A DNA stretch of 42,051 nucleotides from a virus. Taxonomy: Duplodnaviria > Caudoviricetes. How positions within the stretch are numbered: the stretch's first letter is position 1; each line of letters opens with the position of its first letter. A program made the position numbers and the translations under genes. The stretch lies in IMG/VR virus record IMGVR_UViG_3300037722_000296, positions 1 through 42,051 of that record, one strand, 5' to 3'. Below, piece by piece: positions 16,079 to 25,915 of the stretch. The notes beneath the pieces were generated by a model that was not told where the DNA came from, did no database searches, and saw only the letters and a list, made by a program, of their open reading frames with translations.

Positions 16079-16520
16079 TCCAGCCCCATTTTTACGAGAG
16101 ATCCTTCAGCTTTGGAACGGGTCGAAGCCTGTGCCGTGGAAATGCGATGACAGCGGCGCGGCGGCGGTGAGCGTCAAAAACGCAGATTTCACACCCTCCA
16201 GCTACGACCACACATTGACGATGGACGATTCCGCACAGGTTGAGCCTCTTGCCACTGGCACCACCAAGGTCAAGGTCGGGAATCTCGGCGCTACTGGCGA
16301 GCCTATCCGGGTGGCATTCGGCGCGAGTGAACAGAATGCGGAGGATAATCTGACCGTCGACACTGGGGCCGCAACTACAGGCCACTATATCCCCGCGATT
16401 GCAGATGCAGGCTCCGAGGCGTTTCAGGTTCTTGGCGTCCCGGCTTTGGCAACGCATTTCGCCGTATGCAATGCAGTCGCGTCCGATACGCAGGTAGTGG
16501 TTGTGACGCAGGGGGTGTGA
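16071..16520 (+). CDS. Putative virion protein (beta-rich; head decoration or spike base)
   Basis: Ala/Thr/Val-rich; located in the head module. Confidence 0.6.
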   Translation: MASPAPFLREILQLWNGSKPVPWKCDDSGAAAVSVKNADFTPSSYDHTLTMDDSAQVEPLATGTTKVKVGNLGATGEPIRVAFGASEQNAEDNLTVDTGAATTGHYIPAIADAGSEAFQVLGVPALATHFAVCNAVASDTQVVVVTQGV

Positions 16521-16521
16521 T

Positions 16522-18645
16522 ATGACCACCCTATACCTAGACTCAACGCTCGGAGCCGCAATAACGGATGGCGGCTATTCCATCGCCAACCGGGATAATT
16601 CCGGTAGCGATGGTAATGCTTACCTCACGCTTGCTGCCGCGTGGGCAGCATGCTCAAACGGAGACACAATCTATCTGCGTGAAGGTGGAGAAACGCTGTC
16701 CGCACAGCTTACGCTGGCAACAAAAACCGGCATTACAATCGCGCTGTACGAGCAGGAAACCTACACCATCACCCAGGGTGCCGACCTGAATGCGCTTGGT
16801 TTCTACTCCGACACTACGGTCGCCTTGGGCAATGGGATGCTGATAATTCGCGGCACCCCAGAGGCAATCGTCGGCACCAACCGTGTGGCTCTGTTCCTAC
16901 AGACAGCCGGTTTCTCTGTCACTGCGCGATCAGGAAAGATTGTGTTGGACTGGCCAAAAGTGGCAATTCAGACCAATTCCCTGCAAACCTACGTCATTGC
17001 CAACCCAGTATTCGTTGGGTGCAATCCAACGACGCGATGCGGTCAGGACGGTACCACAATCACACTACGCAACCCGGTGTGTGTGGGCACCGCATTCAAC
17101 CATGCGTTGGGCGATATTACGCTGAACGCCAACAACCTCACTCTTGTTGGTGCAAACCCGAGATTTCTGCAATTGGCACCAGCAACCACCACCATAAACA
17201 ACATCCTCGCTGTTGGTTTGGGAGAACTGTCGGACGTCGCCATTCCGTATTATTCCTATGGAGGGACCGTCACGATCAACGGCGGGGTTGTCCATTCCGG
17301 CGTCAGGAATGATGACCGGACTCCTGGTGGGGCCGGCGCGGGTGGAGTGACTGAAACAGGGGTGGATGATTCCGCATTTGTGCGGTTCCAGTCGCAGTCG
17401 AACCACAAATGTTATGTGACGTTTTACGCGCTGGAGAGCAGCAGCGCAGATGCCTCGAACGGCAAGCTCGCAAAATTGAAGGCGGCGCTGGAAACCTATG
17501 GGCAAAAAGGTTCGTTTGCGCCGGACGACACACATCAACTGGATTCGGGTTACTCCGGCTACAACGTCGCTTTTCATGTAGGCGCCCAGGCGTGGGTGAA
17601 TGCCGGTCACGAATTCTGCCTTGTCGGCTCAGGTGGCGACTCGTGGGCGATTGAACAGCCGTTCGTGATTACATATACAGGGGCACGAACGGACGTGAAA
17701 CTGGTCATTTCCGCTGCGGGAACCGTGTGGGAAATCAAGGATGGCGAGACGGTTCTCGGCACCTTCGATTGTTCGTTGGGCGGTACGCATGAGCGCTTGG
17801 GTGTATATCAAGCCCTAAGCAATATTGATGGCGGCAACGTGCTGAGGGGGATAGAGCTGTTGACGGGGGGCGGCGACACCTTTGTTGTCACTGACAATGG
17901 CGGGGCTGGTGGGTTCGACGATGCCTGGGCTGGCATGATGGAGGACGGCACCTATGCGCTGGCATCTGGTTCACCTATTAACCCGATACCGTCCATCAAT
18001 TTTGCCCGCCGCGCTCAGTTCGAGATTGACATTCCAAAAGCAGTTGTTTTTGGTGCGCTCGGCGTTACTCCAACAATTTATGCGAATACACCTGTCGGTG
18101 GGTACTCGGCAGACCTATCGAATTACGTGGAGGCCGATGGTTTCGCAGGATGTATCCAGTGGAATGGCCCGTCTGGCAATCCAATTTATAGCCTCGACCC
18201 ATATTCGCTTGGCGTTGGACTCACGACGACGAGTTTCTATAACGGGATGGGCGGGGAGTCTGCGACCGAGAGCCAGATCAGGGCATACGCTCGACGCATT
18301 GCGTCCTACGGGTTTTCCAAAAGCGCCTACATACCGTTGCAGGTAATAGATACCAACAACGGCGGCACTATTACGCAGGAACAGTACGAATGGTTCATCT
18401 CCGAACTGCTGGCGTGCGGGGTGGAGATTGTCACGTTCGCACAGGCGGTTGATCTGATTGGAACGGCAGAACCTGTCGTCACCTACGATTACACGCTGGC
18501 CGACTGCGGTGCTGTTGGGCAGGGATATAAGTGGCGGACCGGCCCGCGCCCAGCGGGGGCGAGCGGTGAACCGTTCAGTGACATCGACACTGACCCAGGA
18601 TCGTCCCAATCAACCCACGGTCCGTTCCACCCGACCAACCTGTGA
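16522..18645 (+). CDS. Putative spike: beta-helix plus degenerate CE4/NodB polysaccharide-deacetylase-like domain
   Basis: AYLTLAAA..GDTIYLR.G beta-helix start; VTFY..LKAALETYG.KGSF..W..AGHEF..F...L...GVEIVTF.QA; followed by a terminator. Confidence 0.65.
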   Translation: MTTLYLDSTLGAAITDGGYSIANRDNSGSDGNAYLTLAAAWAACSNGDTIYLREGGETLSAQLTLATKTGITIALYEQETYTITQGADLNALGFYSDTTVALGNGMLIIRGTPEAIVGTNRVALFLQTAGFSVTARSGKIVLDWPKVAIQTNSLQTYVIANPVFVGCNPTTRCGQDGTTITLRNPVCVGTAFNHALGDITLNANNLTLVGANPRFLQLAPATTTINNILAVGLGELSDVAIPYYSYGGTVTINGGVVHSGVRNDDRTPGGAGAGGVTETGVDDSAFVRFQSQSNHKCYVTFYALESSSADASNGKLAKLKAALETYGQKGSFAPDDTHQLDSGYSGYNVAFHVGAQAWVNAGHEFCLVGSGGDSWAIEQPFVITYTGARTDVKLVISAAGTVWEIKDGETVLGTFDCSLGGTHERLGVYQALSNIDGGNVLRGIELLTGGGDTFVVTDNGGAGGFDDAWAGMMEDGTYALASGSPINPIPSINFARRAQFEIDIPKAVVFGALGVTPTIYANTPVGGYSADLSNYVEADGFAGCIQWNGPSGNPIYSLDPYSLGVGLTTTSFYNGMGGESATESQIRAYARRIASYGFSKSAYIPLQVIDTNNGGTITQEQYEWFISELLACGVEIVTFAQAVDLIGTAEPVVTYDYTLADCGAVGQGYKWRTGPRPAGASGEPFSDIDTDPGSSQSTHGPFHPTNL

Positions 18646-18661
18646 AAGTAACCGACAACTG

Positions 18662-18682
18662 ACCCGCGAAAGCGGGTTTTTT
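18662..18682 (+). terminator. Intrinsic terminator
   Basis: ACCCGC-GAAA-GCGGGT-TTTTT. Confidence 0.85.
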
Positions 18683-18693
18683 AATGGGTAAAA

Positions 18694-18888
18694 ATGGACA
18701 AACGATTCCTCGAAGAACTGAAGGTTGACGCCAGATGGCAGCAGCTAATGCACGAAATCCGAAATCATCGTCCGTTGTGTCCTCAATGGAATCATGAGAA
18801 CGACAACACAGACGAATGGAAGGCCCGTAGTAATCAACAGAAAGGATTTGATCTAGTCCTTACTCTATTAGGAGAGAACCATGACTGA
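18694..18888 (+). CDS. Small head-module protein
   Basis: Between portal region and scaffold; coupled to the next gene. Confidence 0.7.
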   Translation: MDKRFLEELKVDARWQQLMHEIRNHRPLCPQWNHENDNTDEWKARSNQQKGFDLVLTLLGENHD

Positions 18889-19522
18889 AGACACTCAGGC
18901 GAGCCAGGAGCCGACTGAAGTAACCCTGGATGATGTGATTGAGGAATTTTCCGGTTCGTTTACTCCGGAAACACTCCGTCAAGAACCCATCCAGCAACAG
19001 CAGATTGTGGCCGAGATTGGCAACGTAGACCCATTGGACAATGACCAGTGGAATCGTTATCTCCAATCCCAGCAGCAGAATCAATCTGCACTGCAACGCC
19101 AGGTACAGGATCTGAATTCAAAGCTGACTGAATACCAGCAGCGTGAAGCTCAGAAGCTAGTTGAGGCGGACGTAAAGAAGGCTGTCGATTTGGTCAACGC
19201 GGACTTGAACGCAGACCCCATGTTGGTCGAGTTGTCTTTGGAGAAGTACGCACGGGAGAAGCCCGGTTTTGCCCGTATTTGGGAGAACCGGAACCAGAAC
19301 CCGAAAGCGTATGAGAAAGCTCTGAAGGCGATTTCCAAAGACCTGCAAGGGAAATTCTCTGTGCGTCAAGACCCGCAATTGACCGAGAACCGGCGAGCCG
19401 TTCGATCTTCCCAACAAGCAATGGCGACCAAGAACCAACCCGACTATCAGAATTCCCTCGAAGAACGGCTGGCAACGGCTGACAACTTCGAGGCTGAGTG
19501 GGCGCGGATTCGAGGTAGCTAA
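18881..19522 (+). CDS. Capsid scaffolding protein
   Basis: Acidic, Gln-rich and helical; directly before the capsid gene. Confidence 0.75.
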   Translation: MTEDTQASQEPTEVTLDDVIEEFSGSFTPETLRQEPIQQQQIVAEIGNVDPLDNDQWNRYLQSQQQNQSALQRQVQDLNSKLTEYQQREAQKLVEADVKKAVDLVNADLNADPMLVELSLEKYAREKPGFARIWENRNQNPKAYEKALKAISKDLQGKFSVRQDPQLTENRRAVRSSQQAMATKNQPDYQNSLEERLATADNFEAEWARIRGS

Positions 19523-19533
19523 GGAGATTTATC

Positions 19534-20610
19534 ATGGCTACTGCACTTACCAATAATGTTACTGACATCGGCAGTCCCGTCAATTACCAGCTCATGCGTG
19601 GGCTGTTGTCGGCTGCCAAAAAGAAACTGCCCTTCTTCAACGGGACCGTAAGCGGTTCTCTCCAGAAGAATCAGGGCGCTCCTGCTGTCATCTGGCAGCG
19701 TGTAAACAACCTGGCTACGGCTACTACCGCCCTGTCTGAGCCTACCGGCAATACGGCCTGGCAGAATGGCCGTGCGCTGGTGATTCCGACCGTCTCCACG
19801 GTGGCTGTGACGCCTGCCAAGTACGGCAACGCGATCCAGCTCACCGAGGAAGTGGACCTGATCCAGATGAACGTCCGGGCCATGGGGTTGATGGATACCA
19901 TGGGCGCGAATGCCGGTGAATCTCTGAATGAGCTGATGATGGCTCAGTACAAGAGCGCCACCAGTATTCGCTATGGTGGTGGTGTGGCGTCGGCGGGTGC
20001 GGTTATTACCGCAATCAGTTCCAACGACATCAAGAAGGCGGTCAATGGTCTGAATCGCAATTCCGCGATGAAGTTCACCCCCATTGGCACCGGCTCCACC
20101 AATGTCGGCACCACCCCGATTCGGGATTCCTACAATGGGATCTGCCACCCGGACGTGGAGGAAGATATTCGCGGCATTACGGGTTTCAATTCTGTTGAAA
20201 CCTATGCCGGGTATACCCCCACCATGCCGGGCGAGTTTGGCACCCTGAACGGGGTTCGCTGGTGTTCGTCTGAACTCAGTGGCCTGATCACTGAAGATGA
20301 TGCCGGGACCAGCTCCACCAACGGCCTGCGGTATACCACCACGGCGACGGCGGCGGACATCTACCATAGCTTCATCTATGGTCGTGAGGCCATCGGTAGC
20401 ATTGGTCTTGGCGAGGAACATGCCAAGGAAATCTACCAGATGTATGACCGCGTACCCACGGTTGAACTGATCCACCACAAGCCAGGCACTGCTGGCCCTG
20501 CTGATCCATACAACGAGATGCAGACGCTCGCGTGGAAATCCTGGTTTGCCGGGAAGATCCTCAACCAGAACTGGGTGTACCACATCCAGTCGGGTGCTTC
20601 GGCGCTGTAA
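19534..20610 (+). CDS. Major capsid protein (N4-gp56-like family)
   Basis: Strong AAGGAG RBS; KYG..IQLTEEV, HPDV..DIR, GEFG...GVRW, DPYN.....AWK; terminator follows. Confidence 0.9.
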   Translation: MATALTNNVTDIGSPVNYQLMRGLLSAAKKKLPFFNGTVSGSLQKNQGAPAVIWQRVNNLATATTALSEPTGNTAWQNGRALVIPTVSTVAVTPAKYGNAIQLTEEVDLIQMNVRAMGLMDTMGANAGESLNELMMAQYKSATSIRYGGGVASAGAVITAISSNDIKKAVNGLNRNSAMKFTPIGTGSTNVGTTPIRDSYNGICHPDVEEDIRGITGFNSVETYAGYTPTMPGEFGTLNGVRWCSSELSGLITEDDAGTSSTNGLRYTTTATAADIYHSFIYGREAIGSIGLGEEHAKEIYQMYDRVPTVELIHHKPGTAGPADPYNEMQTLAWKSWFAGKILNQNWVYHIQSGASAL

Positions 20611-20618
20611 CCCAACCG

Positions 20619-20647
20619 GGGGAGAGCTTCGGCTCTCCCCTTTTTTT
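20619..20647 (+). terminator. Intrinsic terminator after the capsid gene
   Basis: GGGGAGAGC-TTCG-GCTCTCCCC-T7. Confidence 0.9.
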
Positions 20648-20656
20648 GGAGTCACT

Positions 20657-20908
20657 ATGGCACGTCCACGGAAATATCCGATTGAACAGCCCGATAATGT
20701 TGTCAATCACGTCGATAATGTTGTCAATTACGGCACCGATGCCGGTATCGAGGTATCTCTATTCCTTCCGGGGAAGGAGAAACATGAATTTGTTATTCGC
20801 ATCCGCTCCATTGCGGGTGAATTGATGGGTTCGCAGAAAAACCCGGAAGTATTTGAAATGATTATCCGGGACATTGTACGGGCACGGTTCGGGAGCAAGG
20901 TGCAATGA
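20657..20908 (+). CDS. Hypothetical protein (MARPRKYP...) with DNVVN duplication
   Basis: GGAG RBS; ATGA coupling to the adaptor gene. Confidence 0.7.
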   Translation: MARPRKYPIEQPDNVVNHVDNVVNYGTDAGIEVSLFLPGKEKHEFVIRIRSIAGELMGSQKNPEVFEMIIRDIVRARFGSKVQ

Positions 20909-21615
20909 CATTCCTGGAGGCGGTCAATCTCATTCTGAGAACCAACACGTTCATTGCTGGGGACGATGATGATATTACGTCGTTTTCCGATACCCAGCAC
21001 CGGGCTACGATGAACCTGGCGCAAATCGCCATCAAATCGACCCTGAACGAACTGGTATCCGACCGTCTTCTCCCGTATGAAGAGCTGGACGGGCACATTG
21101 TCACGGTAGCCAATACCCGTACCTACAGCATGCCGGACGACTTCGTGCGCTTTGTCGGCGAAAACCCCATCCTGTTGAAGCTGTCCGGGGTTGCAGGGAG
21201 CGATGCGGAATCGGTATTCATCACCGAATATCCTGGCGGGGAAGAGGCGATTCGTCGGCAAATCCTTAATTACCGGGAGCAGACCGGCACCCCACAGTGG
21301 TTCTACATGGTCAACGGCACTTCCAAGAAGCTGGGGTTTTACCCAGTCCCCGAGGAAGTCGCCACCTACCGATTCCCCTACCAGAAGGACGTGAGCGTTT
21401 CGATTGAATCGGACAGCCTCCCTTTCCACACCACACAGGAAGCCACGGCCTTTGTAGACATGGCCGCTCGTTACATGAAGTTCCTGATCGAGAAATTGCC
21501 GGTTGCCCAGTTGTATCAAGACCCTGTTTTCGTCACCTCCAAGTCTGCGCTCATGTCGCTGATCAAGCCCATTCGTCCGAAAGGCGCGTACGGTTTCCGA
21601 TATGGCCACGATTAG
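20905..21615 (+). CDS. Head-tail adaptor / tail tubular protein A-like
   Basis: MTFLEAVN.IL, Y..P.DF, GTP motifs; synteny. Confidence 0.75.
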   Translation: MTFLEAVNLILRTNTFIAGDDDDITSFSDTQHRATMNLAQIAIKSTLNELVSDRLLPYEELDGHIVTVANTRTYSMPDDFVRFVGENPILLKLSGVAGSDAESVFITEYPGGEEAIRRQILNYREQTGTPQWFYMVNGTSKKLGFYPVPEEVATYRFPYQKDVSVSIESDSLPFHTTQEATAFVDMAARYMKFLIEKLPVAQLYQDPVFVTSKSALMSLIKPIRPKGAYGFRYGHD

Positions 21616-23413
21616 GTTTTCGGGTGGGATCAATGAGAACGATGGGGCGGATATCGAAGAATGCCAGAGTGGGCAGAACTTCGAGCTTCAGTATCGTTCC
21701 ACCGATTTCCGGCCAAGACCGCCGATGGACCTCAAGGGCACGTCCACCCTTGAAGGGGCTATTGCCGGGATTCTCCAGCTTATCAAGCGGGACGACACCG
21801 AAACCACGCTGATTTTCGATGATGATGCCGCTACGCCCACCCTTTACCTGTGGGATGGGGCAGACGATTTCACGTCCAAGCGCACAGCGAACCTCACCAC
21901 CGGATCGAAGCTGCGGGACGTGTATTGGTCATTGGATGACATTATTGCCATTCATGACATCTCCCTGCTTACCCCATTATTGAAGTGGGACGGGACCGCT
22001 TGTGCAAGGCTCAAGACAAACCTGTTTGCAGGAAGCCCTGTGACCGTAGGAACGAATGTAACCAGTTCCGGCACTACGGCCACCGTGAATCACGGATCGG
22101 CTCACAACCGCTCTACGGGCGATCTGGTGGAAATGGCCGATGCTGTACAGACGGAATACAACGGTGAATACGAGATAACCGTTACCGGGGACAACACCTT
22201 TACCTACACGTTCGCCGGTTCCGCCACTTCTCCTGCCACGGGCACGATCACCTTTGACCGAGGACTGGATGTATTTGCCAAGTATGCCCTTGTGGCGCAC
22301 GGCCGGTTGTGGCTGTTCAACATCAAGACCTACGATGGGTCCACCACGGACCTTTATCCTCACATGGTTCTGGTGGCTGCATTTGAAGACGTTGAGGACT
22401 TTGATATTGCCGCTAGGGGTACTGGACAAGACCCCACCAGCACCTTCACCAATGGCACCGAAGCATTCTACCTGCTGACCAAGGATTTGAAGCCCATTAA
22501 CGGGGTGGAGGTCTTTAACTCGCAGATCCTGATTTCCACCAAGGAAGGCCGTCTGTACCGACTTACCGGAACGGATGCGGAAGATTTCAACTTCATTGAT
22601 TACTACGCCGGTTCCTCTGCGGTAGGCACCGAGGCTATCGCCAACATCGGGAATGACGTTGTTTATGTTAAGTCCGGTGGGGTGGTGGAAACCCTACTGG
22701 CGACGGATTCCTCCGGAGATGTAAGCGCAGACGACGTTTCCCGATGGGTACCGAGCCTGTTCAAGAACGTCTCGGACGCCAAGATCATATACGACCAGAC
22801 CAATCAGAAGGTGTATTTCTTCATTGGCACCAGCGTCATGGTGCTGTTCAAGAATCACTATTATGACCCACAGGGCCAGTTATCCCCATGGAGTCAGTAC
22901 AAAACGGACGTAGCGACCAACGGGTTCACCACCAAAGCGGCTAGATATCTTCGCCGCCCTGGGGAGTCCTCATGGTCCGTCTACTGGGGCGATGATGCCG
23001 GAAATATCTACGACCTGGACGGGTCCGGGACCGGGGATAATGGAACGGATATTGTCACCATCCGCAAATCCCGAGTAGTGGAAGAACTGGATTTCATGGC
23101 CGACATTGTAGTGGGTCAGATTCAATACCGCCGACAAGGCGAGTGCGATATTGCCATCACCTTTGATTGGGGTGATGCGTATAACGAAACCACCTCCAAC
23201 ATCACCTTGAAAGGACCGCCGTCAGGAGACGTAGGCGCGTTCTTTGGTGGTGGGATTTACTTTGGCGGTGACGTGTACTTTAACCAGGGTTTTCAGTTTG
23301 CGGACAAGGTTTCTACCCGGAATTTCTCACCGACAGGCCGGGGAACGACCTTCACCATTCAGATGACCTTGAGTACAACGGTAAGGTTCAAAATTGACAA
23401 AATCGAAATATAA
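21602..23413 (+). CDS. Tail nozzle (tubular B / P22 gp10-like) with inserted beta domain
   Basis: FSGGIN start; beta-propeller-like; synteny. Confidence 0.75.
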   Translation: MATIRFSGGINENDGADIEECQSGQNFELQYRSTDFRPRPPMDLKGTSTLEGAIAGILQLIKRDDTETTLIFDDDAATPTLYLWDGADDFTSKRTANLTTGSKLRDVYWSLDDIIAIHDISLLTPLLKWDGTACARLKTNLFAGSPVTVGTNVTSSGTTATVNHGSAHNRSTGDLVEMADAVQTEYNGEYEITVTGDNTFTYTFAGSATSPATGTITFDRGLDVFAKYALVAHGRLWLFNIKTYDGSTTDLYPHMVLVAAFEDVEDFDIAARGTGQDPTSTFTNGTEAFYLLTKDLKPINGVEVFNSQILISTKEGRLYRLTGTDAEDFNFIDYYAGSSAVGTEAIANIGNDVVYVKSGGVVETLLATDSSGDVSADDVSRWVPSLFKNVSDAKIIYDQTNQKVYFFIGTSVMVLFKNHYYDPQGQLSPWSQYKTDVATNGFTTKAARYLRRPGESSWSVYWGDDAGNIYDLDGSGTGDNGTDIVTIRKSRVVEELDFMADIVVGQIQYRRQGECDIAITFDWGDAYNETTSNITLKGPPSGDVGAFFGGGIYFGGDVYFNQGFQFADKVSTRNFSPTGRGTTFTIQMTLSTTVRFKIDKIEI

Positions 23414-24008
23414 ATACTGGAAATGCCCTTCTTGTGAGCGAAAGGTTCGTGCGGAAATATCCGACAAGCAACCGAAGGAATGGCGCGATCAGTTGTTTCG
23501 CGGTGGCAAGCCACACATCCGAGAAGCGGAGTTTTTCAACCCTGATGGGACTCCTGCCAAGGATATGGGCGTTCTGTGGGCGTCCTACCAAGCTGGAGAC
23601 TTTGAAGGGCTGGAGACGGATAAAGAGCATTTCCCGGAGGCCATGGTTCGGTTGCTTTCCGGTTATACCGCAGCCTGGATGATCAATGACCGGAACGAGC
23701 GGTTCAAGGACAAATATGGCCCTGTAGGGGTCATGGTGGCGGCCTATAACGGCTGGGAGCTGGAACCCCACTGGAACCCTTTCCCATGGGCGACGGCCCG
23801 TAACAACTTACGTGCGGTGGTTTCATTCCTCCAGATGATGAAATACGACAAGCGGGTGGGGATCGTCAACGTCTACTCGCTCGACGAGCATAAAGAATTC
23901 TTCAAGCGGTTGAGCAAGTACGGAGTCCTGAAGTTTGCGGGTAGCGTCCCTGATGGCGACCACCGGGGCGACAGGCACATTTTCTACGCAAGAGGTAGAG
24001 CGCGATGA
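23394..24008 (+). CDS. Putative GNAT-fold assembly protein (T7 gp13 / P22 gp14 position)
   Basis: Synteny between nozzle and ejection genes; start uncertain. Confidence 0.5.
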   Translation: MTKSKYKYWKCPSCERKVRAEISDKQPKEWRDQLFRGGKPHIREAEFFNPDGTPAKDMGVLWASYQAGDFEGLETDKEHFPEAMVRLLSGYTAAWMINDRNERFKDKYGPVGVMVAAYNGWELEPHWNPFPWATARNNLRAVVSFLQMMKYDKRVGIVNVYSLDEHKEFFKRLSKYGVLKFAGSVPDGDHRGDRHIFYARGRAR

Positions 24009-25915
24009 GTATATTCGGTTCCATCGTCGGAAACTCGAAATCGAGCGCCCCGGCAGTCCAGTATTTGCCGTTTGGGATGGCGGCGGATCAGATCGGGCTG
24101 AATCGGCGATTCTCCAGCCCGAACCTTTCTGTTCAGGGTGGGCAGTTCACCGGCACACAGGCATTCAACCCCGGCTTGATGGGCGCTCAGAACGACTTCC
24201 TTTCCCGAGCGGGAGGATTGCGTACCGATCTCAGGACGCTGAATAACGAGTTCACCGGCAACCAGAACGCCTTCATCAATGCCCGGGTAAACCCTCTGCG
24301 CCAGAACATTGCCACTCAGCGAGGCGGGATGCAGCGAGACTTTGGCCGCAGGGGGGTGATGGGGTCCATTGCCAACCGTGAAATGTCGGGCTTTGAGTTC
24401 GATGCCAACCGGGCGCTTGGTGATGCCACCTCGCTTGCTACGGCAGATTCATTGGCCGCACGGCAGAGCATCCTGTCCCAGGAGCAGCAGTTGGCGGAAC
24501 GGGAGTTTGCCACCCGGTTCGGAGTGAATCAGGAGCAGTTCAGCCGGGAGCTTCAGGGGCTTGGACTGGGCATTGAAACCATCACCGGATTACTGAGCCT
24601 GGCGGGCAACCTTTCTGCCAATACTGCCAACGCCGCATTGAACAAGGGCCGTCTGGATGACGCCGCTTCTGCGGATCGCAGGCAGAACATCGGCAACATG
24701 ATTAGTACAGGCTCGGACCTGTGGGACGCGGGGAAGAAAGCATACGATTTTTTTTCTGAAGGGAGTGCCGGCTCCCAGGGAACACTCGGCAATGGAAGCA
24801 CGTTAAGAACGCTTGGGAAAGAAACCCTCGGCAAGACGGGTAGCTGGGCTGATCTTGGCACGGGACCGAACAAGATTCCTTCCGGTCAGTATTCGCCTGG
24901 ATTTAACTCGCTTGCTGGTAGCGGCTGGGCGGCGGCTGGTCCGCAAGCCTCTGGCGCGATTACCTATGCAGCACCACAGGCAGGCGGTGGAGGTGTCGCC
25001 ACGCAAATAGGGACTAACTGGGCGGCCACGGGGACAGGTGGAACAGCAGGAGCCACGGCAGGCACGGGCGCAGCAGCCCCCACCACAGGCGCGGGCGCGG
25101 CCGCCTCTGGCTTGTTAAAGGCTGCCGGTATCGGTGGCTTGATGATCGCGGGTATGTCTCTTATCTCTAACGCTAACGGAAGTGCTGCCGACAAGGCGAA
25201 AACACAAAAACTGTTTAGACAATTCGAGAGCAACCCGCAAGAAGGCTACAAGGCTCTGGACAACATTATTAGTGGAAAAATGTGGACAGGGGAGGACACG
25301 ACAAATATCAAGTTTGCCCTGAATCCTTCCTTTGATGCCGGTGTGATTGATGCCGCATACCCAACCCTGCATTCTTCTCAAAGCAAGCTGGATTTGTGGA
25401 ATATTGATCCTGCTACCGGCTACAAAAAAGGTCTGTCGCAGCAAGACATTCTCCATGAGAAGAACAAGAAATTCTACCCTGCCGATGCACAGGTATCCCC
25501 TACGGCTATCGCTCAAATGTATGGCCTGAATTCCACAAAAACCGCGCAGTACAAGAAATCGCTCGATGCGTACAACAAGGCAATGGGCAGCATTAAGTAT
25601 GTTGGCGATGACACGGAAGATTCGGCGCATTGGATGGTCGCCACCGGAGAAGGTAATTGGCAAAGGTTGGAGTTGCGCCAGTTTGATGGCACTAATTTTT
25701 CCCAGTTCGACCTTAATGAAGGCTTTATCCCTCGCGCAGCGCAAAATGTCGTAAGTGAGTATTTGTCTGCCAAGAAGTCGCACGAGGGATTCATCAAAGC
25801 CAATATGACGGAAGGCCGCAAGAAACAATCCGCACAGAGCATGTACCAGAAGCTGCGTTCTGCTGGCTATCGGGGCGACCTTGGCAAGCTCGAATCCTAC
25901 ATTGGAGTTAAATAA
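24005..25915 (+). CDS. Internal virion / DNA ejection protein 1
   Basis: Gly/Ala/Gln-rich with a hydrophobic segment; synteny. Confidence 0.7.
   Translation: MSIFGSIVGNSKSSAPAVQYLPFGMAADQIGLNRRFSSPNLSVQGGQFTGTQAFNPGLMGAQNDFLSRAGGLRTDLRTLNNEFTGNQNAFINARVNPLRQNIATQRGGMQRDFGRRGVMGSIANREMSGFEFDANRALGDATSLATADSLAARQSILSQEQQLAEREFATRFGVNQEQFSRELQGLGLGIETITGLLSLAGNLSANTANAALNKGRLDDAASADRRQNIGNMISTGSDLWDAGKKAYDFFSEGSAGSQGTLGNGSTLRTLGKETLGKTGSWADLGTGPNKIPSGQYSPGFNSLAGSGWAAAGPQASGAITYAAPQAGGGGVATQIGTNWAATGTGGTAGATAGTGAAAPTTGAGAAASGLLKAAGIGGLMIAGMSLISNANGSAADKAKTQKLFRQFESNPQEGYKALDNIISGKMWTGEDTTNIKFALNPSFDAGVIDAAYPTLHSSQSKLDLWNIDPATGYKKGLSQQDILHEKNKKFYPADAQVSPTAIAQMYGLNSTKTAQYKKSLDAYNKAMGSIKYVGDDTEDSAHWMVATGEGNWQRLELRQFDGTNFSQFDLNEGFIPRAAQNVVSEYLSAKKSHEGFIKANMTEGRKKQSAQSMYQKLRSAGYRGDLGKLESYIGVK

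Noticed and set aside
19519-20706. 395-aa minus-strand ORF
   Set aside because: Antisense shadow of the codon-biased capsid gene
20693-20728. GATAATGTTGTCAAT duplicated at 21-nt spacing as a regulatory site
   Set aside because: In-frame coding duplication (DNVVN twice); no other copies noticed
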